Part shown: in pieces, positions 26,294-35,987 of the stretch
Layout: each line of letters begins with the position of its first letter
How positions within the stretch are numbered: position 1 is the stretch's first letter
Made by a program: the position numbers and the translations under genes
Origin: a virus
IMG/VR virus record: IMGVR_UViG_3300020182_000012
Strand: one strand, 5' to 3'
Length of the DNA stretch: 64,000 nt
Notes under the pieces: generated by a model
Seen by the model: only the letters and a program-made list of their open reading frames with translations
Databases searched by the model: none
What the model was told of the DNA's origin: nothing

Positions 26294-27549
26294 ATGATAT
26301 AGATAAAATATACAAAGAACTTGGTGAGGGTATATGCCTTTTTCCATTCATTGGCGGGTTTTATTCAACAGTTGATGCAAAGTCACGTGGAGATAACCGA
26401 GTTATCCTTAACAGAATAACACCTTGCTGCGTATGGCAGAACGGTATAGACAATTCATGGTATGAAGTCCAAGAAGGCGCAACTATTGCTGAAACACGTA
26501 ACAGCGATGGTTATCGACGTATTAGAGAAATGTTTCTTGCTGGTAAGTGGAAAGACATACCTGGCTGTAATTCGTGCCATATTGCTGAACAATATAGCAA
26601 TAGTTCGACACGCATTGTTAACAACGAATACTTTGCCGAAAACATCGAAGAAGACATTATTGCATTAGTTAAAGAAATACAAGCAAACAATTTTACAAGC
26701 AACACCATTAAACACTTAGATTATTTCCCTAGCAATTATTGTGATTACGAATGTGTAATGTGCTTCGGTGGAGCTAGTTCAAAACGCAATACATTTGAAA
26801 TAAAACACAAGAGCAGCGAACAAAGCATTGTATTAAATGATGTTGATAGTGATTTTTATGATGTACTAACAAATGTTGACATAATTGGATTTACAGGTGG
26901 TGAAACTATTATGCAAAAACAAGTGCACGAGTTAATTGATTATTTAATTGAAAAAGATTTAGCAAAAAACATCACCATTCATATACTAACCAATGCTAGT
27001 CAGTATCCAGAAAATTTTGTTAACAAGATTAAAGCATTTAAAAAAGTAGCGTATACTATTAGTATTGATGGCACAGGTGATATAATTGAATACCAGCGCC
27101 GCGGTGCAAAATGGAATACTGTGCAAGACGTTGCAAGAAAAATTAAAAAAACTGCACACTTGCACAATTTTGTTAACTATGTATTGACCAGCATGAATGT
27201 ACTAAATGCAATGGAATGGATTGACTGGATGCATGATAATAACTTTGAAATGTTTGCAGTTAGCCCGGTACACAGAGCAGATCATTTAAGTCTATTGGCA
27301 TTACCCGAAGAAATGAAAGCAACTGCATTAAATCGCTTGCGAAATGGTAGAAAACGTTACCAGCATTATATGCCAGACCGCGACGAGTACCGTTATGTCC
27401 GCGGCATTGATCAAATTATACAAACAATCGAGCAAGCAACGTTTGATCCTGTACAGTTACAAAAGTTTGTCGAGTTTATAGAAGTTGAAAACCGTGTTAG
27501 CAGAAAGCCACTGCACGAAATTGTACCAGAATGGGCACCTTACTTTTAA
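26290..27549 (+). CDS. radical SAM protein with N-terminal twitch/SPASM-like domain (1 of 8)
   Basis: CDYECVMC, TGGE, SIDG; N-terminal C..PF, PCC, CNSC. Confidence 0.88.
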   Translation: MNDIDKIYKELGEGICLFPFIGGFYSTVDAKSRGDNRVILNRITPCCVWQNGIDNSWYEVQEGATIAETRNSDGYRRIREMFLAGKWKDIPGCNSCHIAEQYSNSSTRIVNNEYFAENIEEDIIALVKEIQANNFTSNTIKHLDYFPSNYCDYECVMCFGGASSKRNTFEIKHKSSEQSIVLNDVDSDFYDVLTNVDIIGFTGGETIMQKQVHELIDYLIEKDLAKNITIHILTNASQYPENFVNKIKAFKKVAYTISIDGTGDIIEYQRRGAKWNTVQDVARKIKKTAHLHNFVNYVLTSMNVLNAMEWIDWMHDNNFEMFAVSPVHRADHLSLLALPEEMKATALNRLRNGRKRYQHYMPDRDEYRYVRGIDQIIQTIEQATFDPVQLQKFVEFIEVENRVSRKPLHEIVPEWAPYF

Positions 27550-27845
27550 ATCCAACCCATTAGGATTTTAGTATCGTCGGGAACCATATCTAGGCTAAAC
27601 GGTGGATCAAACACTAGTTGCCTGTCCACAGTTTCAACACCGTCGACACCTTGCACTGCTTCGTCGATGTCATTGCAAATTTGATCTGCAAAAGGGCACA
27701 TCATGCTAGTAAGTGTGTGTTCCACTATGCAATGTGATCCGGTTATTTCAATGTTGTAAATTAATCCCAAATCAAATACATTAATTGCAACTTCTGGATC
27801 GTGCACTTGTCGTAGTGCATCTTCTACTTTTTCAACTAACTGCAC
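27546..27845 (-). CDS. DUF59/SufT-like Fe-S cluster assembly protein
   Basis: LRQVHDPE..INVFDLGLIY..TLTS..CP..VFDPP. Confidence 0.88.
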   Translation of the reverse strand: MQLVEKVEDALRQVHDPEVAINVFDLGLIYNIEITGSHCIVEHTLTSMMCPFADQICNDIDEAVQGVDGVETVDRQLVFDPPFSLDMVPDDTKILMGWI

Positions 27846-29353
27846 ACTGTAACTCCGTATTCTTTTTCAAATCTGTCTGCATCTGCTCTGTCGTCAACCA
27901 TTGGTTCGCCGCGAATGTTCAACGATGTGTTTAGCAACATTGGGCACCCTGTTTCTTTGAACCAAGCTTCTAATAATTGTCTAATGCCACTACCGTCGTC
28001 GGGTACTGTTTGCACTCTTGCTGTACCGTCTACGTGTGTAATAGCAGGAAACTGGTCCGGATGTTTAACTGGCGCTACTACCTGCATGTAATGCGATGTG
28101 TTTTGATTTTTTGGCATATCAAAATAATCGTGTACATGTTCTTCAAGTATTACTGGTGCAAAAGGACGAAATTTTTGCCGCCTTTTTATTTCATTTACTT
28201 TGTCTTTAATTTCAGGCCCACGTGGATCAGCAAGTAAACTTCTGTTTCCAAGAGCACGTGGACCAAACTCGGCTTTACCACTTGCTACTCCTACTATTTT
28301 TTTAGTCTTTAATTGTTTGATCAATTTCTTTACTGGATACTTACCCGGAATATCAGTGCCCAGTAATGCTGTGTGCCAGTTGACTTTTTTGCCATATGCT
28401 AGTGCCGCAGCACCTAAACTACTACCTGCATCTCCCGGGTTGGGCATGATCCATATGTTGTCAAAAATATCACCCAACTTGCTGTTTGCTACGCAATTAA
28501 GTGCAACACCGCCCATATAAACAAGATTGTCCGAACCTGTTAATTCTTTAGCCTTGTGCATCACTTGCATAATCAACTCTTCACAAAGTTGCTGCCCTGC
28601 GGCTGCGATATCCATTTCGTCAACGCCTGCAGGAAACTCCAAGTCTTGCATGCCAATGTGTAAGTTTCTTTTAAATTTTGCCATTGATGTGTCGTCTATT
28701 AGATTATCAACCAACGTGCAGTATGCCTTTGTTGCATCGCCATATGCTGCCATGCCCATTGTGATGTATTCTTCATCCATTGGGCGCAAGCCTACACGCT
28801 GCGTAACAGCACTATAGTACATGCCGATGCTGTTAGGATACTGCTGACACCAAACACGCTTGTATTGGGCCTGTCTGTGCTTCTTATACCCCAAGTAACC
28901 AGTGGTAGCATCGTCGTATCTAGCTTTGTAAATGCTGATAGTATCTATTTCGCCGATTGCATCAATTACAACAACAGCGGCTTCGTCGTAAGGCGATGTT
29001 TGAAATCCACCAGCAGCGTGACTCATGTGATGCCCAACATTGGTTATAGCACCTTTGTGTTCTGACATTATTATCGGAATTGTATTTTTAAGTTCTGACT
29101 TTAGTCGCCAGTTACCACCCCAGGGTTCACCGCTGAGAAATTTACGCAACTGCCGTTTCCACGGTTTTTCATAGTATACAATTTTATCAAATGGGCCGTG
29201 TGCAAGGGCTGCCATCTCAAGTTCTAGGCAAATATTATTATCGTTTTTCTGTTTACTGTAACGCTCACTATGGCCAGCAAATACAATTTCGTCATCATGC
29301 AACACAGTTAATGCTGCATCATGAAATCCTGCACTAACTCCTAGTATTTTCAT
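27836..29353 (-). CDS. O-carbamoyltransferase (NodU/CmcH/TobZ family)
   Basis: HDAA, HHMSHA, DAIGE, GGVALN, PGDAG, EFGPRALGNRS, FRPFAP, LLNTSLN. Confidence 0.93.
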   Translation of the reverse strand: MKILGVSAGFHDAALTVLHDDEIVFAGHSERYSKQKNDNNICLELEMAALAHGPFDKIVYYEKPWKRQLRKFLSGEPWGGNWRLKSELKNTIPIIMSEHKGAITNVGHHMSHAAGGFQTSPYDEAAVVVIDAIGEIDTISIYKARYDDATTGYLGYKKHRQAQYKRVWCQQYPNSIGMYYSAVTQRVGLRPMDEEYITMGMAAYGDATKAYCTLVDNLIDDTSMAKFKRNLHIGMQDLEFPAGVDEMDIAAAGQQLCEELIMQVMHKAKELTGSDNLVYMGGVALNCVANSKLGDIFDNIWIMPNPGDAGSSLGAAALAYGKKVNWHTALLGTDIPGKYPVKKLIKQLKTKKIVGVASGKAEFGPRALGNRSLLADPRGPEIKDKVNEIKRRQKFRPFAPVILEEHVHDYFDMPKNQNTSHYMQVVAPVKHPDQFPAITHVDGTARVQTVPDDGSGIRQLLEAWFKETGCPMLLNTSLNIRGEPMVDDRADADRFEKEYGVTVCS

Positions 29354-30387
29354 TAAACGTCATCTTCTCTGTAGTACACACCATTATCTCCCCGTTGAGG
29401 AAATAAGTCTGTACTTTGATCATCTTCTCTGTGTATATCCAATGTTAAACAATGCCAACCACCGTCAAAGAAACTTCGTGGACGAAAATCAAATGTGTGC
29501 ACAGCAATTCCTCGACGGTCAAGCCATTCGGTGAGCGGAGGATGATCTTTCATACAAACTATATTTTTTTCATCGAGTACCAACATGTTAACTTCAAATA
29601 CTGTTTCATGAAATTCACCTATCCAATCGCTGGCATCGTCTTCAATCCACTTTTCAAATTTTTTACTATTATCATGCTTGCCCGGCACAGACCAGTTTTT
29701 GGGTTGATGAAAATTAAAATTGTTAAGTTCTTCAGGAATATGGAATACTTCCCAATTTGGAAAACTTGTACTATAATTTGTTTTCCAATGACTACTCGCA
29801 ATTACGTTTGGTGCAACAGGCGTAAACACACCATCACTATGTCCACCTGTGCTGCATATATTTACTCTATATTTTTTTGCCAATTCGACCATTGCTTCGC
29901 AACAGTATCCCCACATACCTTCATGCGGTTCTGGATCAATGTAAATGTCTTTTCCCATTCTTACCACTGCAGGCGGATTAAAACAATTTATTGGTGCATC
30001 AACGGGTGTTTGTACATCGTATCCTAATGCCTTGTACTCGTCCATGACATGGTGCCAGCGATCAAACGGTAATTCGTTATTATGATGCAATGAGTAAAGA
30101 GTCTTGTCAAGAACAATATAATGATCTCTCGGAGTAATTGGGGGCTTAACTAGTAAGCCACTCTTGCCAAGATGATGGTCAATTGAATCGAATTGTGGCC
30201 TGCGTACCTTGATGCCTCTACCTTCTAAAAACTTTTGTAGTTTGCCTGTGTCTTCCTTGCACCATTGTGTAATTTGACATAGTGGATCTGCTACTTCGTT
30301 GGGAAGATAATCGTAATAACTTTCAGGATATGTATCTCCTAGCCAAACTTCTTTTAATGGGGTAAATCCAAAGTTACTGTTAATCAT
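29353..30387 (-). CDS. amidinotransferase, paralog 3
   Basis: PLKEVWLG, TPRD, GHSD, GGWHCLT; start re-set to MINSNF. Confidence 0.85.
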   Translation of the reverse strand: MINSNFGFTPLKEVWLGDTYPESYYDYLPNEVADPLCQITQWCKEDTGKLQKFLEGRGIKVRRPQFDSIDHHLGKSGLLVKPPITPRDHYIVLDKTLYSLHHNNELPFDRWHHVMDEYKALGYDVQTPVDAPINCFNPPAVVRMGKDIYIDPEPHEGMWGYCCEAMVELAKKYRVNICSTGGHSDGVFTPVAPNVIASSHWKTNYSTSFPNWEVFHIPEELNNFNFHQPKNWSVPGKHDNSKKFEKWIEDDASDWIGEFHETVFEVNMLVLDEKNIVCMKDHPPLTEWLDRRGIAVHTFDFRPRSFFDGGWHCLTLDIHREDDQSTDLFPQRGDNGVYYREDDV

Positions 30388-31474
30388 TTTCCCAACCAAT
30401 CTTTTCCCACGGTACATCTTTGTCACCAAAGTGCCCATATGTACAATTTTTACTGTAGTTAGTATAGTTGAACAAATCAAATCTGTCAATGATTCCTTTT
30501 GGACTCATATCAATGTTTTCTTTAATAAACTTTTCAATACTGCGATTGTGCCCATTGCTATCAATATACACACTTGTTGGTGCCTTAACACCAATAGCAT
30601 ACGACAACTGAATGTTACACCAGTCTGCCATATCATCTGCTACTACATTTTTGGCGATCCACCTAGCCATGTATGCAGCACTTCTATCAACTTTTGTGGG
30701 ATCTTTGCCACTAAAAGCACCGCCGCCGTGAGGAGCAAACCCGCCATAAGTATCAACGATAATCTTACGTCCAGTAATGCCAGCGTCACCATCAGGCCCG
30801 CCAATAACAAAATTCCCAGTGGGATTAATATGCCACGTAGTATTTTCATCAATTAAATCTCCCAAAGCATGATTCGCGGCGCCTCTTGCAATCATTCTTG
30901 CTGTTTCAATTTCGCCGGCTGCATGTTGTGTACTAATAACAATTTGATCTGCACGTTTAGCTATACCGCCTTCATACTGTATACTAACCTGTGATTTTGC
31001 GTCAGGGCCTAATATGTTATCTAATAATCGAACTTCTTTTAATTCTTTTAAAACTTCGTGCGCATAGTAGATAGGCGCTGGCAAGTATGCCGAATTATCA
31101 TTACACGCATATCCAAACATAATACCTTGATCGCCTGCTCCAAAGTCGTCTGTTCCTAGTGCAATGTCTGCACTTTGACTGTGGATTTCATTGTAAATGT
31201 TTAGTTTATCCCAATGAAACCCTTCTTGCTCATAGCCAATTTCTCGAACCTTGTTACGCACAATTTCTTTAACTTCATCCTGGCTTACATTAAAGTTTTT
31301 TACTTCACCGGCTAATGTTACGTGATTGGTAGTTACAAGTGTTTCAACAGCAACACGAGTTGTTTCATCGCCTGCCTTTAGTCCTGCATCCACTAATGCA
31401 TCACTGATTTGGTCTGCGACCTTGTCAGGGTGCCCTTCACTAACACTTTCGCTTGTAAAAATATAATTATTCAT
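30380..31474 (-). CDS. metK: S-adenosylmethionine synthetase
   Basis: SESVSEGHPDK, GAGDQG, GRKIIVDTYGG, GGAFSGKD. Confidence 0.97.
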   Translation of the reverse strand: MNNYIFTSESVSEGHPDKVADQISDALVDAGLKAGDETTRVAVETLVTTNHVTLAGEVKNFNVSQDEVKEIVRNKVREIGYEQEGFHWDKLNIYNEIHSQSADIALGTDDFGAGDQGIMFGYACNDNSAYLPAPIYYAHEVLKELKEVRLLDNILGPDAKSQVSIQYEGGIAKRADQIVISTQHAAGEIETARMIARGAANHALGDLIDENTTWHINPTGNFVIGGPDGDAGITGRKIIVDTYGGFAPHGGGAFSGKDPTKVDRSAAYMARWIAKNVVADDMADWCNIQLSYAIGVKAPTSVYIDSNGHNRSIEKFIKENIDMSPKGIIDRFDLFNYTNYSKNCTYGHFGDKDVPWEKIGWEND

Positions 31475-31593
31475 TTGTAAATAAATGGATCCCTTTTTCT
31501 GAGTTCCTTGAGTTTTTTACGATAACGGATTTCAAGTTTAATTTTGTTGATTAATCTTTTCGGCCAACTTAGTATTTTTTTAATTGTTTTCAT
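31471..31593 (-). CDS. 40-aa basic peptide ending RKRDPFIYK (not in ORF track)
   Basis: ATGA-coupled to both neighbours; MKTIKKILSWPKRLINKIKLEIRYRKKLKELRKRDPFIYK. Confidence 0.75.
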   Translation of the reverse strand: MKTIKKILSWPKRLINKIKLEIRYRKKLKELRKRDPFIYK

Positions 31594-32648
31594 AGCAACG
31601 GTACCTGTAATTCTTCGCTGTTACGCCAGGTATAATCGTACTCGGCGTATGCATTTGATGTGCGTATACTGTACACATCCAAATGCTGTGTTAATTTACT
31701 TAGTATCTGATGAAAGTCGGTTGTTGAAAAGCTAGAATCTAAATCAACTTGAGCTACCTTTGGATGCCCAATTGTTAAACTTTTATCAGTGGGGTCAAAA
31801 TTATTGTCTACAAGCCATCCCCGAAAGGCGCTGAGGTGTTCTTGCATAAATGGCTGATTTAATGTATCTTTGCCCCACTCAATATCAAAGTCGCCCGCTG
31901 CTTCAGTTTGTGGCTTTAGTGATGTTGTAGTAAGCTCATCGACTCTGCTATCTCGTCCTTCGTCTTGGAATACTTCCCAGTGATGTTTTCCTACTGCCTT
32001 GTTAACACCGACGTATACTCCACCTTTGTCACGTGCAATCGTATCAATTCCAAACAGTTCATAATCTTCCTCGTCGAGAATAAATCGTGGCGCATTCAAC
32101 CAACACATAACATTACTAGGACGAATCCAATCTGGTGCATGTTGTTTTTTACGTAGACTTAATATGAGACTCTCTGCTTCGTGGCATAACAAATTCAATT
32201 GTCGAATATACCAACGAGTCTTAGGATCTGCTGCAAGGTAATGCGGTGACATCCTCCCGCTTTCACCTTGTGTCTCTTCAAAGTACAAGTGCAATTGATT
32301 AAACTTGTCGTGATTGATGCCCAATGTTTCGCCATGTCCATTGTGTTCCTCTGGCTCAACTACATTGTCTATTGTAAAATGATCATCAATGTAATAATCA
32401 ATACTGCTATCATTGATGCCTTTAATTGTTGCATTAATCTGATTAACAAGTAATTGCAAATCACGTTCGCCATCAGGAAATCCAAAAAAGCAATAATTCT
32501 TTTCGAGATGGTAATTGTTATTAAGCAACCCTTCAAGTGCTGGTAGCCATTTACGGCTTAAACTATTATCATACACATCAATATACACAGGAAATAATTC
32601 TCCTGTAATATTATGTCTAAGTTTCATTTCAATTTTATCCAGCATCAA
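31590..32648 (-). CDS. hypothetical protein in biosynthetic operon
   Basis: 352-aa ORF overlapping both neighbours; NQLHLYFE, LNLLCHEAE, VGKH motifs. Confidence 0.75.
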   Translation of the reverse strand: MMLDKIEMKLRHNITGELFPVYIDVYDNSLSRKWLPALEGLLNNNYHLEKNYCFFGFPDGERDLQLLVNQINATIKGINDSSIDYYIDDHFTIDNVVEPEEHNGHGETLGINHDKFNQLHLYFEETQGESGRMSPHYLAADPKTRWYIRQLNLLCHEAESLILSLRKKQHAPDWIRPSNVMCWLNAPRFILDEEDYELFGIDTIARDKGGVYVGVNKAVGKHHWEVFQDEGRDSRVDELTTTSLKPQTEAAGDFDIEWGKDTLNQPFMQEHLSAFRGWLVDNNFDPTDKSLTIGHPKVAQVDLDSSFSTTDFHQILSKLTQHLDVYSIRTSNAYAEYDYTWRNSEELQVPLL

Positions 32649-33951
32649 TGCTATCCCACCATTTTAATATATCTGTGTCGGCACTGAGAATATCTCTCAT
32701 GCATAACTTGTTGTTGCGTATACTCTCAAGCGCAAGCATACGTCTTTTGCCTTTGCGCATACCTCTTTGGTATTCGTCTTCTGAGTACGTTTCTTCCATA
32801 GTTGGTCTGTTTTTTAATTGTAGTAACACGTTTTGTAATGCATTGCCGAGTTTGTTGTTTGTAATTAGTTCGTCTACTAACCTGTTTAATATTTCACGCG
32901 GCAATGCCAATGGACTCATAATGATGTCTGGCGAAAATGTAAATATTACCTTGGCCAGAATATCAACATTGAGATCGTCTGCTAACTTTTGTATATTAAC
33001 TACATCCATCATACCCGGTAATGTAAGTGTAAAGTCTAAACGCATTTGTCGGCGGTGTGTTGCAATTTCCAAACCTTGTTTGAAGTTGTTAACAAATACA
33101 TCGTATTTCAATCCTGTGCGTATGTATTCGCCTAAGGCGCCTGTGCCGTCCAAGCTTGCACACATTTGCCAATCACGTGTGTGTGCTAGTATATCATGAT
33201 ATAAATTTACACCTTTGTAATCAACTCTGCTGAGATTACTATTATACCTTGCATACAAGCGATGGGCATCACCTAATTCAACAATGCGTTTCATATAACG
33301 CCAGTGCTGTTCATACATAAGAGGCTCGCCGCCTACCCAGTAAATCTCTTCAACCCGGTGCTCTTCAACTGCTTCGCTAAATTCTTTTTCAATCTGTGTG
33401 TCTTGAAATTTTGTTATCTCTGCACGTACTTCTGGTAACATCCAATTGTTTTTAGGATTGGTTAGATCAGTCATGTTGTGCTTTTTTTGTTCTGTTTCCC
33501 AACTACTACTCAACATATCACCGCATGTGCGACATTTAAAGTTACACAAATTACTAAAACGATAATCCCAACTAATAGGTTTCATTGTAGTATATCCACT
33601 GGCATCAGTGTTTTCCCAAATGTCATTGTACTTGTGACGGAACATTCTTTCAAAGTAACTGCGATATACATCCGTGTTTAGCAACTGACTGTTGCACACA
33701 TCACATTCAGGCAATGTTTCTCCAGCCATCATACGACGACGAACACTTTGCATATGTTCATTGTTCCAGTGTTCGTCTAGGCTCACTGGTTGATATTCGC
33801 CGCTACCCGATTTAGTGTCAATATATTGTTCAAAGCTTTGTGCTTCTTCGCGACTTGCGCAGCACATACGCCGTTCAGTTTGCGGGCTTAGATACGTGTG
33901 TGTCCATGGTGCCATGCACAGGGTAGGTGGCTTGTTATCAGGTTTTTGCAT
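32635..33951 (-). CDS. radical SAM/twitch protein (2 of 8)
   Basis: CMAPW, MCC, CDVC; CNFKCRTC; GGEP; SLDG. Confidence 0.9.
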   Translation of the reverse strand: MQKPDNKPPTLCMAPWTHTYLSPQTERRMCCASREEAQSFEQYIDTKSGSGEYQPVSLDEHWNNEHMQSVRRRMMAGETLPECDVCNSQLLNTDVYRSYFERMFRHKYNDIWENTDASGYTTMKPISWDYRFSNLCNFKCRTCGDMLSSSWETEQKKHNMTDLTNPKNNWMLPEVRAEITKFQDTQIEKEFSEAVEEHRVEEIYWVGGEPLMYEQHWRYMKRIVELGDAHRLYARYNSNLSRVDYKGVNLYHDILAHTRDWQMCASLDGTGALGEYIRTGLKYDVFVNNFKQGLEIATHRRQMRLDFTLTLPGMMDVVNIQKLADDLNVDILAKVIFTFSPDIIMSPLALPREILNRLVDELITNNKLGNALQNVLLQLKNRPTMEETYSEDEYQRGMRKGKRRMLALESIRNNKLCMRDILSADTDILKWWDSIDAG

Positions 33952-35009
33952 TAAAATGAATTCACTATTTCGTTATACCAATCAAAATCTTTAAATTTTG
34001 ATAATTCGCTTTTGAACAATTCTTTTTCTTTCGTAGTTGCTTTTTGTAATGACAATTCACCATACACAGTGTGTACATAAAAATTTGATGTAACATCAAA
34101 ATTTGGTAAAGATGCAAACCAATTGATTGTATCTTCTAAATCAAACACATTGTGTTTTCCTATAGTGTATGCGCAACTAATAGGAATACTGTTTAATAGG
34201 TTTACTTTTTTTATAACGTTTGATACCTTGTCCCATTTAAGGGGAGTACGAGTTTCTTCAAACCGTTCGCCGATTCCGTCGATACTAAAAAATAACTGAA
34301 CTGACTTTGCTTGCTCCCACAATGCAAGTGTTTCAGTAGACGGATAACAGCTACCATTTGTATTGTAGGATATATCAACGTTACTTAAATTTTTAATTTT
34401 TTTCAAAAGAGTCAAATGCTCTCCGGTTAGCAACGGTTCTCCACCGTTAAAATAAACCGACTGCACATCATCTAAGTTGGTGCCTATTAAATGATCGTAG
34501 TTGAGTTCGTCTCCTGCAACAATCTTAATACCTTCTTCGGCAGCCCAGAGACTCGAGTAACTCGAACTACATATTACACACTTAGCATTGCAAATTGGTA
34601 ATGTATTGTAATCTAAGCTATAGCACTTGTCTTTGTTGAGTTCGCTTTGCTGGAGGTTTATTGGTAAATTTTTAGATTTGTATTTTTTAATTGCAAGTGC
34701 TCTTGGGCTATAACCTCCATAAGATTCGTTCTCCCAACAATGCTCGCATGCTTCGGGTTTTTTATTATTTCTTACATCATTTCTTATATTTTCTAAATGT
34801 TGATTTGACATTAGATTATCATGTCCAGAAAAACGCTGTGAAGGTTTAGCTAAACAACACGGTGCTACTTGTTGAGTGTCGCCAGGAAATCTACGAGCGT
34901 ATAACCCGTGGAATACCAATGGGCAATAACTAGAACTCAAGAACTCCTTGAGTTCAGCTGCCTCTCGATCGATTGTTTCCTGAGAAACAGTTATAATTTC
35001 ACTTGGCAT
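33951..35009 (-). CDS. radical SAM/twitch protein (3 of 8)
   Basis: CPLVF, PCC, CEHCW; CNAKCVIC; GGEP; SIDG; start uncertain. Confidence 0.88.
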   Translation of the reverse strand: MPSEIITVSQETIDREAAELKEFLSSSYCPLVFHGLYARRFPGDTQQVAPCCLAKPSQRFSGHDNLMSNQHLENIRNDVRNNKKPEACEHCWENESYGGYSPRALAIKKYKSKNLPINLQQSELNKDKCYSLDYNTLPICNAKCVICSSSYSSLWAAEEGIKIVAGDELNYDHLIGTNLDDVQSVYFNGGEPLLTGEHLTLLKKIKNLSNVDISYNTNGSCYPSTETLALWEQAKSVQLFFSIDGIGERFEETRTPLKWDKVSNVIKKVNLLNSIPISCAYTIGKHNVFDLEDTINWFASLPNFDVTSNFYVHTVYGELSLQKATTKEKELFKSELSKFKDFDWYNEIVNSF

Positions 35010-35415
35010 GCTCAGCAACCCTTTTGCGTAGGTCACTACTGCTGAATCTATGATCTCGTTTGTTAAAGTGCAGTGCTATTCCACGTTTTTGACAAACATC
35101 TTTTCCACTAAAGTCTTCGTGTTTGTATTCTTCTCCTAAAAACCGCACATCTAATTGAAACAGTTCTAGTATATCAATAACGTCTTGTTCGGTTTGATAC
35201 GGAACAATCTCATCAACAAACTTGAGTGCGTTAAGTTGCGCATAACGCTCCACTAACGTTTGTACTGGTTTGTTTTTGGTGTCAGGTCTGTCAATTGTAG
35301 GATCACTTTGTAACCCTACAATTAAGTAATCACAATTATCTTTTGCTTCACGCAACATTCCAATATGCCCAGCGTGTAACAAATCAAACGTGCTAAATGT
35401 AATACCTTTTCTCAT
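34999..35415 (-). CDS. glycerol-3-phosphate cytidylyltransferase-like (TagD family)
   Basis: TFDLLHAGH, LIVGLQ, FSSSDLR. Confidence 0.88.
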   Translation of the reverse strand: MRKGITFSTFDLLHAGHIGMLREAKDNCDYLIVGLQSDPTIDRPDTKNKPVQTLVERYAQLNALKFVDEIVPYQTEQDVIDILELFQLDVRFLGEEYKHEDFSGKDVCQKRGIALHFNKRDHRFSSSDLRKRVAEHAK

Positions 35416-35987
35416 ATCAATTCCATTTGCTGTGGTACAATCTTATCCAACACAGTAGTAGTAAACAATTCTGCGCCTTTGTGCACATTAGCTGCCCATT
35501 CTGCACCTTGGTCTTCCCCGTCAGCATCGCTGTCAGAAATATACTTGTAGCAGTCAAATGGTGTGTCAAATTTTTGACAAACCTTTGCTAGTGCATATGC
35601 TTCCATTTCAACCACTTGGTAGTTAATATGTGGTACACTAAAGCTGTCTCCGGTTCCGCATACAAACAGACTATCGTGCTTGGTTTGGCAAATAATCATT
35701 TGTTCTTCGTCCCCTGGGCTAACATACAGCGGAAGACCAAGTGGGGTACAATCCATATCACGCTCAATCACTGCGCTCACTCCAACAAGTTGTCCTTTAA
35801 GTGCAGCACTTCCCCCGGCTGATCCATAGTTTATTACTTTACTATATCTATTAGAATTATTATAACACAATTCTGTAGTTAATGCAATACTTGCATTAAC
35901 CTTTCCAACACCGGTTACTAACTTTTTAAAGCCATGTGGCAAGGCACCTGGTAGTTCTTCTTCTAAGGCGATTACCACTAATATCAT
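35412..35987 (-). CDS. mtnN: 5'-methylthioadenosine/SAH nucleosidase
   Basis: TGVGKVNA, NYGSAG, TGDSF, VEMEAYA, KYISD. Confidence 0.85.
   Translation of the reverse strand: MILVVIALEEELPGALPHGFKKLVTGVGKVNASIALTTELCYNNSNRYSKVINYGSAGGSAALKGQLVGVSAVIERDMDCTPLGLPLYVSPGDEEQMIICQTKHDSLFVCGTGDSFSVPHINYQVVEMEAYALAKVCQKFDTPFDCYKYISDSDADGEDQGAEWAANVHKGAELFTTTVLDKIVPQQMELI

Noticed and set aside
27836-31593. Saxitoxin-like cluster (carbamoyltransferase, amidinotransferase, PFIY peptide; APS kinase and SGNH elsewhere)
   Set aside because: No SxtA-like PKS or other core genes are present; the shared families are generic tailoring enzymes and the context is dominated by glycosyltransferases.
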